From Paraphysomonas bandaiensis (Eukaryota > Protista > Chrysophyceae): a stretch of 64,000 bases of DNA. Below, in pieces: positions 37,885 through 50,417 of this stretch (the stretch's first letter is position 1; each line of letters starts with the position of its first letter). The DNA is taken from NCBI GenBank assembly GCA_965644295.1, contig CBFFRP010000009.1, positions 75,298 through 139,297 on the forward strand. Reading direction: 5' to 3'. The notes under the pieces are model-generated. The model saw only the letters and a program-made list of their open reading frames with translations. It did not search any database and was not told the DNA's origin. The position numbers were made by a program, and so were the translations under genes.

Positions 37885-38713
37885 CTATAGTTATATATAA
37901 CCACGGATAATAAGGAGGCTATATGGTACATGGCTATATGTGCTATATCGTCCGGAGCTCAAAATTTTGCCCACAACGCCCGACTTTTCAAATCTAGACA
38001 AGGACCGATACTTAGGAAACATCTATTTCTTGGTACTGCAGGATAGCTGTATACAATCTAGATATCAGGATTAGCTACAATTTAACCTAATAAAACACTC
38101 ATATTGTTTTATACCAATTGTATCTATACTACTGTGTGCTTATGGCTTATGGAATAATAGCAATTGTACTAGATTAACTCTAAACTATAAATCCCCAAAT
38201 TTTAACAATAGCTATATAACAAAAGTGTCCCCACCACACGATGTTGAGGGTTGAGGTAATAGCAACTGCGTATTGAAATTCGTACATGAACGTGATGCTG
38301 AATGCAAAAAGTTGTAGTCGCGATGGGCTTGTTGTTGTCATTTTTGATATATATCACACTTATATACAACTGCTTAATCTATGTCAGTGCAACGAACTCG
38401 AAATGCTGTAAAATGTATAAAGTGACCCTAACTCTGCTCTATAACACCTTCTGCATCAGACGTGGCACTTGAACTCTCCTGTAATATAAAGATAGGTTGC
38501 TTTAAAGGTTGAAATAGAACTTGGAGTGTTTAATGATCTGATTTCGAAATTTTACTCTTCATTGTGGCGTTTTTTCTAAGTTTGTGCGTTTGTGCAATGT
38601 AAAATGTATGAAATCACTTTCAAATGTCTGTCAATATCATAACTAAGATATTAGAGTGTGTCTACATTTGCCCAGAGCTAATATGGGCGTTCTGTTGAAC
38701 CCAATTCAGGTCA
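37885..38713 (+). pseudogene. Degenerate coding relic (repeat family B), second copy
   Basis: Collinear similarity to the reverse complement of 17695-18627. Residual peptides KVEIELGVFNDLISKFYSSLWRF and SASDVALELSCN. Confidence 0.75.
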
Positions 38714-39091
38714 AAAAATGCTTTTTAAGACAAAATGGGGATAAATATCTTGAATAGACGTATCATTAACTGAACTTCCTTAATTATATTCATCCGCTAC
38801 AACTACGTGTTGGTTTCGATAGCTCACTATTACCTCACTTCAATTGTACAATCTACATCGTACATCGTATCAAACAGTAGAACTCAACATGGACTGTTCA
38901 CTTTATTTTAACCTTTATCTCATAACGAGAGGTACGCAAAACTAGAATTGAATTTCTACATTCTACTTGTTACGCTACCTCATCTAAACAAACGCATTGA
39001 GTTGTCTGGTAGACTGAGCTTTTCGGACGCCATATCGGCAACATACTCAGGGTAACTTGGAAGCATAATTGCAACTACGAGTAGAATACGC

Positions 39092-42000
39092 TTAGAGAGC
39101 ATGACTCGTTCCAACAATACAATCATCCTCAGAAGTAACAATTTGACTTTCAGAGTTACTCTGTCGAGTGGTCTGGTGATCATCATTTTGATCGCCTATA
39201 GAATCGCAGTTCTCATCTGGTACTCCGAGCTCAATATCCCCAGTGTCGGCGCTATCAACGATATTATCATCGTCTTCTTCAATGGCTTCGAACTGATTTC
39301 CCGCGCTCGATTTCCGGCGGACAGAAGATCGTATGGACCCCGCCGAATGCTACAACAATCACGATCATACATTTCAAAATAGTAGTCGATACATACCTCA
39401 CTGACAACCCTGGGCTCAGAGGTAACAATGGTGTTTCTGCGATGGCCTTCGTCCATTCCACCTGTACATATACTCATTACGGGTTTTAGTACAAGGTTTA
39501 CGATTGTGGGTACCTGAAGAATAGGACACATACACACTTGATCCATCACGATAGAAAAACTCGAATAGGTCATTCGTAGCGTCAGGAGTGGCACCAATAT
39601 TAGCGTCCTGGTTCAGTGGATTGTTACCAACGAATGCCATCGATGACTGATCTGTGTCAGTTGCTGAAGGCAATGATATACGTGGTGTACAATCCAGAGT
39701 CTTGATAGTTTTCTTACTGCGGGGGTGACATCGTTGAAGCATTCCTGTCCAGGAAGCATTTAAAAACATATGGTATAACACATATTTCAATACCGTGATT
39801 AGGAGGTACATTGGGAATATACCACAGTAAGCACTTCAAACGGCCATGAACGGCGCACATAATCAAGAAGAAATTGAAAAATGGACTGAGTAATACTGTC
39901 TCCAATTTGACCTGCAACTGCGGCTGGTTTCTCCAGCATATATAATTGATATAGAGATTTCGCAGAAGTGGCCAAATGAAGAGCATAAACTTAAGCAAGA
40001 AGAATTCAATAATAAACCCTCTTGACAATATCACCACGCAGAACGGGATGTACATCACTTGAACAAATATGATTTTGTATTCACGAAAGCGATACATACG
40101 AAACGCAATGTTTGACAAAATTCCTCCCTTGGTGTCGTAAGTAAAGAACGAGTACAGACTTTTTCCTGTACATTTTATTATCGAACACATATACATGTAT
40201 AGAAGGCGCACTTCTATCGACAGCTTACCGGTAATGCGAAGAGCGGACACCGTCCATCTATGAGCCCTTTGCTTCCATAACGATGAGGCGCCATATCCCT
40301 GTACTCTTCCTCCACCCGCGCAGTTAACCAGGATTCCAGGTGCAAATGTTGTAACCATACATCTGGTTTCAGCACGGATGGCATACCCCTACCACCAGAA
40401 ACAGACGATAAGAAACAGAAAAGGAATAACTAAAATTTAACATACCATGTTCAGTGTGGTGAATCCACCAAATATGTCCTCTCCAAACGGAAGTGCTGGG
40501 TGAGCCCCAAACACTTCAATAAATCTATCCCGTCGCCACATGCCTGGTGAAAGGAGAATTAATATACAAGATGGAAATATATCAGTTGTCAACACTGCTG
40601 TACCTGCGGGCCCAGGTACAAACGCACGAGTAGCTATCTTAGCCTGTGTTGCATGAAAGTGGTCTGTGATCTTGTACCAGAAATCAGTGAAATTAGTAAG
40701 TCGGTTCTCGCGGTGAGAGCTTCTTAGGAATGCTACTGCTGAAACATGCTCACCGCCGTCTCTTTTGAAGTGAGTCTCGTCGAATACCATGTGGTCAGAC
40801 AGCAACGTGTCATCATCCAGATGTATAATATACTGGCAGCGCTTGGGAAGTCGGTGGCATCCAGTCCAAAGAGCGCGAGTTTTATGACCCTGAGATATGA
40901 AGCAGTATTGAATCTTGGGATCAATGGCCTTGACGACTTCGAATGTATTGTCTGCTGGCCAGTTGAAGTTACCGTTGTCGCATATACATATATTTTCTGC
41001 AGGAATATACTTCAACACCTATATATGTATATAAATGATATGATGTTGGGCAATGATAAAATATACAAAAGTTATTTTACCTGCTTCACAACACCACCAA
41101 TCTCTAGTGCACTCTTATGGCATGGAATGACGACCCCAATACGACGTAGGTATTCCGGGTCATTCTTAAAATTCTTACCCTCATCAATTTGTTGCGGGAG
41201 AAAGAGTAGCGGGATAAAGAATATACCTGTCAATACACAAGAATTACTACCTAACCAAACACTAGAGAGGTGCAGAGTATCTTCAAGAGATTGGCCCTAG
41301 GTGTCACACAGACAATACGTACCAGTGTAGGTGAAGGTAACAGTCATGTACGTGGCAATGTCCTTGACAGTCCACTCGTGCACTTTCGTCCATGGTAAAA
41401 GGCCGTCCTCGTCCGTGACAGGGTTTCCGTAAAGAACCATCGAGAACAAAATCATTCCCATGACAGAGCCGTATCCAAATATATACCAAAATATCTTACG
41501 TTGCATAGTTGCCTGCCAAGGTTCCTCCCAAACAAACCTACGCACACGAATCACAATATACTCTACCAATTATTTCGGCAATATCTGACAAAAATATAGA
41601 GCGCTAGTTTACGGAATTAACCACAACTGCACTTACTGAGAGTCGTGCACGAAGTCCTCTTCTTCAGCCCACACGAAGGTGTCTCTCAGGGCATTCATGG
41701 CCACCAAAGAGCCTTGCATGGAGCTCTGGCGACTGGCCATAGTAAAGGTTCTAGTCCGAGCACCAGTGGCGGTGTAGGCTCTGGAGCGTTGTGGGGTGTA
41801 GCTCTGGCTTCGCTGCCGTTCCAAAACATCTTTCGGATTACTAGCATTGGCATCATCCAGCCCCTGATATATCGGATACTATCAAAAGAGAATATGACAA
41901 CCACTAGATACATACCGTAGTTTCTGCGTCTGCAAATACACTTTCAAATTCGTGTTCGTACTTTTTATCAATTGCTCGATTTGCCCAGTAGAACATACAC

Positions 42001-43261
42001 ACACAGATCATAATGCAGAGTACTGGTACGGCAGACATAAGCACAAGCTCTCCATCAACATCGTTAAGATCGAAATGTTTCTTGTCCTACACACATGTAA
42101 GCTTTTATGATAATTTCCCGCAAAACAAAGCAGATGAATAACTCCCAAGTAGACACAATACATAATTGTGAACGTCACGAAACTGAACAGGAGCAAGAAT
42201 CACCTTCGATTCGTTATCGTCACCAACGATATCGTCGTTAGTGACTGCGTCGTCGTCACCCTGGCATGGGGCCCCACAAAGCGCACCATTTCCTGTGTAA
42301 ACCTCATTGTAGCTTGACGATATATCGCCAACTCGAATAGATGCAAAATCGAAAGCTGATATAGATCAAAGTTATGACATATCGTAGAGAAGCACTCCCA
42401 CAAACCGTTCCACGTCGTGCCGGTCTCAAAACCAAATTTCCACTGCAAAGAATAAGTTCCAATTTTAACATACGGAGCGTTGGTTCGATTGTAAGACGTC
42501 GCAACATTGGTCGCAGCGACAATTTGCTCGTTGTTCCTCCACACATTAACATATCCTATAAATTTTATATTGGTACAAAGGTGAAAATATTGGAAACCAT
42601 CCACCTGTCGTATCATATGCCACCATGTCAATCTCAACCACCCAGTCTATCCATTCCCCAACTACAGTTTTCCCGAGGGATTTGTAGATACACGTAGCAT
42701 CGGTGTCTTCAGGTTTACTATACCCGCATATATTCAACTCAAACGTTTCCCCTGTAATCAATAAGACTTCAGACCTACGAGTAGCCCACGACTGCATCAT
42801 ACCTAAATTTCGCAAACCAAAATTTGGAGATAGTCCCAAGTTATCTCCGCTATGAAGCTGCATGAAGTATACCACATCCTTCCTATCAAAATGTGAGTGT
42901 GCATGACCACATACAGTGTACTTATAAATTACTCTGTGTCATTTTGTCCTCTCCATTCCCAAGAGGAGGGGATGCGCACTGAAAGTCCGAACCAATATGT
43001 CCCAATATCGTCTGCTAGCACCTCATCTCTAATGGATTGTAACGTTGCAACTTCCGCACGAAAACAATATTCAGATGGCTCCGTTGTTGCACAGTAAGTC
43101 AGATTAGTTTCCAATATTTCAGAGGATAATAATTGTGCATGCGCAGAATCTCCACTCAAATCCAACTGCCAACTCGCTAAATCTTGAAACGTTTCATTTA
43201 AAGTCAATGTTGCAGATATGGTGGCCGGAATTAATAATAGCAAGACAAGCCGTGCACTCAT
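39092..43261 (-). CDS. Fusion protein: signal peptide + polysaccharide lyase-like domain (heparin lyase I/PF14099-like) + TM + processive GT2 polysaccharide synthase; ~16 exons, roughly 1,050-1,100 aa
   Basis: Lyase part: RAEV, YWFGLSVRIP, QLH, GEWIDWV, GYVNVWRN, PYVKIGTY, FASIRVG. Phase-0 GT-AG introns 42087-42203 and 41864-41915 join it in frame through a TM exon (42086-41916) to the GT2 part. GT2 part: VVIPCH, ICDNG, GHKTRAL, HLDDDT, GPAGMWRR, GEDI, QRAHRW, then C-terminal TMs. Stop at 39092-39094. Confidence 0.8.
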
Positions 43262-46183
43262 ATTTGTTGCTTCAATCAATAGTAGAGAGTAAGATGTAGC
43301 TGATTCAATCTATAAATAGTGTATTATCTATTGCACTATATTTGGGGTCTACGATCACAGCTGTACACGATCTTCTATATTTTAAAATGCACAGTTGTGT
43401 GTGTACCACACTCGACGTTGAGGTGCATACCCCCCACACACTGTACATATATACACACATATCCTTGCTGCTGGTGTGCTTATTCGGGAGGGAGCTATTG
43501 GTAGCAACTGATACCGTACTCCGGATAAAAAACTAAAATTTTCAGTGAGTGTTGCACAGTGTGAGAAATCTCATACTGTACCTCCAAAACACAAAATCTG
43601 GGGTTTTGATGTGCAAGTTCCCAATGTGTTCTAGAAATGATATGTACACAGTATATCTACATATCTACGATATATATAGCGCTGATATACTATTCCTATC
43701 AGCAGATCAAGCAACTGGAACTGTGCTGTGCAGTGAGAACTACAGCACACAGTTCATTGCGCTTATATCCAGTCACCAGAGAGTCTCCTTGCAAGGAGTG
43801 GATACGGTTACTATTGTTACTGATATCACAGTGTTGTCGCATATATACATGTAAAAATATCAACAGTGTTTCGCTACTATGATTTAGAAGTAACAACATA
43901 AACTGAAATCTTTGGATGAAACGCGTGAGTGGTAGAAGTTGTCATCAGACAGCAAAGGCGGATACAGCGGCGACTATTGGAACCCGAGTTGTATAGTGAC
44001 TCTCATAACAGTTTTAGCCGGAGTATATTACTTTCGGTCTACATAGCGGACAAATAAAAGCCGTTGTTCAGTACTAGGGAACCTATACTTGTGATGCGCG
44101 TATATATTGCAGTACAGTCCTACGCTCGGATTTTTGCAGATAATACATCAATAATTACCCTGGTGAAGGATTTTAGTGAAAATCACAAGAAGGCGACGCT
44201 TTACATCATATTAAAAAGCTTCCGTCAAAGAAGTATGTTGCTGGCACGTTATGTCGTCCCAACTGCGTATTATATTGGACGTATAGGCCTATGACACAAA
44301 GCAGAAGTTTTATTTGCAGATCATTTGGACAATAGTCTATGTCACGGTTTCTAATTTCTTGCATTCGTATCGATAGGTATGTAGACTTGGACTAGTCATA
44401 GGAGGGTGATTGTAATCCCCGTTGAAGTTAAAACAAGTTAAAAAGATTGTCCCCTATTATCAACTTGTGGGTGGTTCTTGCATTATAAAAATATGACAGA
44501 AATGGGTGTGCAACCTAAGCTCTGGTCGCTATAAGTTGTACCACATAGATGTAGCAGAATAGATTATATCAATATTATTGACCCGTTTGGAGCTCTTGCG
44601 ACACCAATATTTAAAAGCAAAACATGCAACAAGTCATGTAGTGACGTGCAAAAGTGTGCCATTTCTTTGTGCTAAGAATTCAATTTGAAAGATCTCATGT
44701 AACTATGAGACATTTTGGGATGATATCTAGTAGCACCTTTGTCAAAAATACAAGATTTCCTCGTTGATAAGTGTTCTGTTTGGTGGGAGGAATTTAAAAG
44801 TGAGAAACCAGTCTCAAATGGCATTTCTGAATTCAGAATGGAGTGAACACTGAGCATGTTGAACTCATGTTTTTTCTTAAGGCTTCCTAGAATTGTACAC
44901 CACAGCCCGTAAGTGACGAACTGCTTCACTGATAATATATTTAGATACGTTTGCATGTATGTGTGTTAGCAATACTTAAAATTGAGTCACACTTCCAATA
45001 GTGTGTCAGAAGTTAGGTTAGGACTCTTGTCGGAAATTTAAATGCCCGTCTAGCTCACATTTACACTAAAAGTTAGTCATTGAATACCTCCAATGAGTGC
45101 ATGAAATAAGTATCACGACGATCATTGTGGAGGTGCTCAGTTTTTTCTTTCTTAACGACATTTGATACTTTATTGTTTTTGCTTGGTGAGGTTAAAGTGT
45201 ATACTGATCCTTATACTGTCTACTGCCTATATTTATACTATTCGCAGCAGGAGGGTCATTGCTTAGGCAAAAAAAAAACAAGCTACAATATCGACTATCG
45301 ACGCCATCTATATATGCATAATCTTTGAATGGAAAGGGAGTTTTGAGTTAGCTTAAAGCATAGGAAATAAAAGCTGTAATTTATGAAAATATATATCCGT
45401 TTAAGACGAATACAATGTTGCTAATAAAGATTTTAGTTGAAGTGTTATGAAATATATTACTAGATAAACCGAAGTATATAGTGACTGCTTTTATTAGATT
45501 GTTGTAAGTATATATTTTGAAATACTAAAAATTTTGATATATTTTGAAATAAGAAGATAGTTTGTATTCAACTAAATACTAAACACCAATCATCAGACCT
45601 TAAATAGACTCAATCTCATACACTCTACACTCAAGGTATTATAGTTTCTCTAACATATAATTCATAGTATGACATTAATTTATGTGCTACAGTTTTAATC
45701 TACTGTATTCTACAATTAGCGGTCATAATTCGAATTTTTTAATAGCACAAGTAAGTAAAACTCAACATTCTCTACCTTTTTTAATAGAGTTTCAATACAT
45801 GGCACATAAATATCAATTATAAAGTTACTAATGTATAGTTTATGCTCACGTAATGGGTGCATTGGTGCTATTCAATTTCAGTACTTTCAACAAGTGATTG
45901 GAATTGTTACCGTACTATGAAGGGAAAATAAACTTCCTGCAAGCATTTCGAACAATAGACAAGCATTCCTAAGAGCAAAAAAACAAATATATTAATACGA
46001 ATGTAGTCACTAAGACAGTGGTATTATTCCAACAGAAATATGTGTCACGAAATCCAAGAAACATCCACTACGGGACCAAACAAATATTCAAATCACGAAG
46101 TATTTCCCATGCCTTTTTTCCATGTGTTTTACAAAATCAGTCACATTCACATTCACATGCCTCTTGAAGGTACTGCATGTTTA

Positions 46184-48434
46184 TTATTTTTCCACACCAA
46201 CATCATAATTGCTCGAAATGTTATGGCTGGATAAGGCAACCCCGTAATGTTTTCGTCGATGTGATGTCGACCTTGCGGCAAGACGGGGGACGCTATTGAA
46301 TTCAATCTGTCGATTTGGTAATTCCTGTATGACAGCTGGGGTAGAAACTTGGAAGTCATGAGGCACTCCATTCAACAAACTACTCCGGGCAGAGATTTGA
46401 TCGCATGCTTTTTCCTGACGAACACGCCTTCTATCTTCCAGGAATTTCTCCAGTTCATTCCTCACAACAGACTCTCTATTGCTTTCCCGAGTGAAAGCCT
46501 GCCCATACTCTGAAGTGGAAGAGATGTCAACCGCAGACACAGCAGCTATTCTGTCAATTGCACCACCGCTCTCACTAGACAACATAGCAGCTGGGCACGA
46601 GTCGAAGTGCTCGCCGACACTTAATTCGTCCATAGCACTACTTCTATGGCGCGTGTTAGAGTGCTGCTCCTCCTCCGGTTCTATGAGGTCGGTATATGTT
46701 AACATACCTTCTGTCCTTGTATTCGAAACAGATGCATCGTTGGCGCCGACAAAAAAGCGGCTGATGAGAGGATTGAAACCGCTGTCTGCGTTGTCTTGTA
46801 CACTGGTGTGCCTCTTGTCATGATGGTTCATGACCCTAATGCTGGAGAGGCCTCCATTGTTATCACCGCTACTACTCTGATGACCACCATTCATATATCT
46901 ATGTTCTACCGGTGTGTCCTGGTTGTACAAGTACGATGTTACAGAATCTCGGAGCTGCTTCAGGCTACGTGACTGCTCGTACGCGGCTTGGTAAGCGAAT
47001 GAATTTGGGGAGTCAGTATTACGAGTAGAGTTCCTCTCACTATCTTTCTCGTGTACGTATGGACTGTGAAGAGGGTCCGATGCAATGGTAGAGAAGTGAC
47101 TACCATCATCATTTACGCTACCAGAAGAACTTTGTCGATCAAAAAGTGGCCCGCTATTAGCGGGGAGCGATACGAACTGCTTTCGTTGTCTGCTTGCACC
47201 TATGCTACGGGATACCTCCCAATCTAGTCCACGAATATCTCCTTGGATATGCCGCGTAGAAGAACTGATGCTTTTAGCAGATATCGAGTCATTGTTCTCT
47301 TCGATACTCTGCGTGTTTTTTTGGAAAACTCTATCTCGAGAGGGACTTGGGGTTCGGCTCAGTGAAGTGTCCACCCATAAGCCACCTGGACTAGCTGCCC
47401 TCTGCATTCGGGCAGCACGGTCGACTCTCGCTACTTCCCTCTTATATACCAGTGGCTTCACTCGTAAAAGACTGTGCTGATTCAGCAGGGGGCGGGTAAG
47501 AGCCTTCGGTGATGGACTTGAGACTGTTCCGCTGCACACATACCCTCCACGTACTATACCGCCAGCCACAGTAAACCTCTACAATACATATTATTATTCT
47601 CTGGAAAAGCTATTCAATATAGGTACACCTGTAGAGGTAAGCTTTTCTCCCCCTTGCTATCATTAGCAGTTGAGGTGATGAAAATTTCAAACTCGGCTGG
47701 TAGTTCAAACTGCTTCTCCAGTGCATGCATCATATGCTCAAGTGTGCATTTAGACCGCAGCACCACCATGCCCCTGTGTGTGGGCCGCTTATCGTCACAG
47801 TACTCGGCAGGGAGAACTAGCAGAGAAAAAGTATGGTCAGATAATGAAGAAGTTGTTGGGGTGTTGACAGTCGGGGAACGAACACGCGGGGGGCTTTCAG
47901 GCCGGACCCGGAGCGGGGCCTGTCGGCTCGTACTTTCGCCTAGGCTAGACTGGTGCCCTAATGAAATGCCTGGTGCATAACACATGATACGTGAAAACCA
48001 AATAAGTAAAACAACTCACTCTCGTATAGTGACCCTTGATGGGAATGAAATAGCGGTTGCACATCGTCAATGGGATGTCGGTAATGTCGCCGCGAGTATA
48101 TCGAGTCAGAGCTTCTGCTGCGACGACTGCGAGTAGTGCTTGTCGAGTTATTTCTACTCCTACTTCTACTTCTACTGGTGCAGGTGGAGCCAAATAACCT
48201 CGATCCTTTATATCCAGATGTGCTGTTGCTATTACTTCGACTTCTTCCGCCCGCAGAGCCAGATCGTGTTCTGGACCGTCCACGGGATAGCAGACTCCCG
48301 TAAGAGCTAATGCTTGCATCACATCTGCCCTCATTCTCAGACACAACCGATTTTGGGGGAGAAAATCTCCTTTCTGATATATGTAGTTTGCTCTTATCGG
48401 CTACAATAACGGGGGTTAGTTCGCCTATGCGCAT
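46184..48434 (-). CDS. Hypothetical Ser/Arg-rich, largely disordered protein; 3 exons, 5' end uncertain
   Basis: ORFs 47958-48437, 47614-47985 and 46184-47569 join in frame through two GT-AG introns (YE/SISLGHQ; LPLQ/RFTVAGG). No family recognised. Confidence 0.7.
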
Positions 48435-49606
48435 CAACGGATCTTACCAGTGTACAGCCCATACATATGAGATCCAATGGCTCGAGAATTAATTACATCT
48501 CGTTTAGCGGCTTCCAAACTGCTTTCCCTTTTATCTCGTATTGTATTCATTCGAGCAAGAAATCGATGCGAGTATGGATATATATATTCAAAGGGTGTAG
48601 ATGCACTCATAATTAAATATATATATGTATATATATCGACCAGTGCTCTCTACTGATCTACACGTACACACACAACTCACACATCAGAGGTATGCCTATC
48701 ACTCAGGTGGGGGCATATATAATTACCTTCTGCTGGAGTTGTGCGCAGCGGAGACTCTTTACGTCGATGTGTTAAAGTAGCACAAATTTGATATGATTAC
48801 AACGCACATACAGCACATACACTGCATGCGAACATACACATAATACGGTGGTATACTCTGTATTGTATTCTGGTGTGGTGTTGCCTCCATATCCATGTAG
48901 GTATATACCATATACGTATACTATATCTGCAACCAGCGTCGCATGGAGAATGAGGAGAGCATGCATAACCACGGAACCAGCGACGAAATGCAGCTCACTG
49001 AGTGGAAGAGAGAAATGGAATGTTATCCTCCATTGCCATTTTCAGCAATGCTCGCATTCATATCTAGTATACAGTTAACATCAGTTATATTCTGAGGATA
49101 CTGAGAAGTGGTGCTCTAGATGAAGCAGGAGTTCATTGTGGATGTGACAGCAGCTTGTTTTGGGTTGATATGGGATTAGAGCTATGAAACCTCGAAGACT
49201 ACATTGAATATTAGCATGGCAACATGGATGATGACGTGGACCGATTAATATTTTAAGAACTCATTCTTCATGATGAGGAACATATCGAGGAAAAGGAACA
49301 TATCGAGGTTACGTATATCTCTGATAGGAAAAAATCGTGTGAGTACCTTTGAATGTTACTCATGTGATGGGACGTTTCTATTTGTCAATGATCCAAGGAT
49401 GAGACATTGGTCCCTTTTATCATTATTAGATGATAGTGCGTAGCTTTGACCACGGTGGTGTAGTATATAAGGATAAATAATATATTTAATATATTAGATC
49501 TGTGCGTGGATATCAAATCCACAGATGCTCTACAACTTCACTCTCGATACGATAATGCTTTCATACCTTGTACATATTTTACTCTTTGCTGGGCCTTAGT
49601 CACCTG

Positions 49607-49715
49607 CAGAGCTGCGTAACAACTAATTGACGCAGGTTGCAGTGAATTATAAGTGTAATTACTATTCGATGTCTCATTTTCAATAACTGCAAATCAATTA
49701 ATTGTTACGCGTCTG
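49607..49715. mobile_element. Small TIR element (MITE-like)
   Basis: Left cagagctgcgtaacaactaattg and right caattaattgttacgcgtctg are imperfect inverted repeats. Related termini occur at 10237 and 12466. Confidence 0.5.
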
Positions 49716-49814
49716 AGCTGCATATTGAAGCATGGCATACATTCGTCAGCATATATTTAATATTTACAAATTAACAAGTTCTATTAAGTTATAAGCAGGA
49801 TAATACAGGCAAAC

Positions 49815-50272
49815 TGATGTAGTGAATGTCTGATTATTAGCAGTAGGCGTGTGAGTCAGAACTAATGTAGCAAAACGATTTAACTAACTAGTGTGATTAA
49901 CTCTGATACCCTACTATTTTTCGCTACGAAAGGCTGCATGTGCGTCACCGCAAGCACCAAGGTGCTACCACTTTCGCTCTATGTCAATAATGTGAACTAG
50001 CCCAGATGCTTGACCTCGGTAGGCAGTTCAATACCCCGGATGCCCTAGAGATGGGTCCATTCCCGGATACCTGTTTAAATTTGTCAAGGCCCAAAGACGT
50101 CTACACAAGTGATTCTTATTAGTGTTTAGTGTCCCTTGTACCATGCATTTGGCTGTGAGTGGGCAGAAAATTATCTGCTGACTATATATGCGGCTCACGT
50201 TAGTTTCCCGGAGAAATATCTCTGGTGTGTATACCCCAGATCACCACGAAAAGGTGCGAGTCCGACTTTGTT
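49815..50272 (-). repeat. Dispersed repeat family A copy
   Basis: Reverse complement of the 11045-11495 motifs (aaaaggtgcgagtccgactttgt, gcggctcacgttagtttcccgga, aaagacgtctacacaagtga, gtagtgaatgtctgattattagca). Confidence 0.85.
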
Positions 50273-50417
50273 GAAGGGGCAAATTTATGTGTACATCGTA
50301 TGTTTATAAATGCTTACGTAATATCTTAAATCAGAAAATAAAGTAAGGTTGGTGTTAAGTTAAATTCGTGCTTAGATGTCCTTATTACTACACTCAAAAA
50401 CTAAAGTTATAAACTAT

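Noticed and set aside
41633-41824. ORF MERQRSQ... as the start of an independent GT2 gene
   Set aside because: It begins at TTG, and the frame is open upstream to a good splice acceptor at 41864 that links to the TM exon.
43900-45000. Weak nuclease-like (IPVEVKT) and protease-like (IFDKGAT) words
   Set aside because: Isolated short matches among many stops; not distinguishable from chance.
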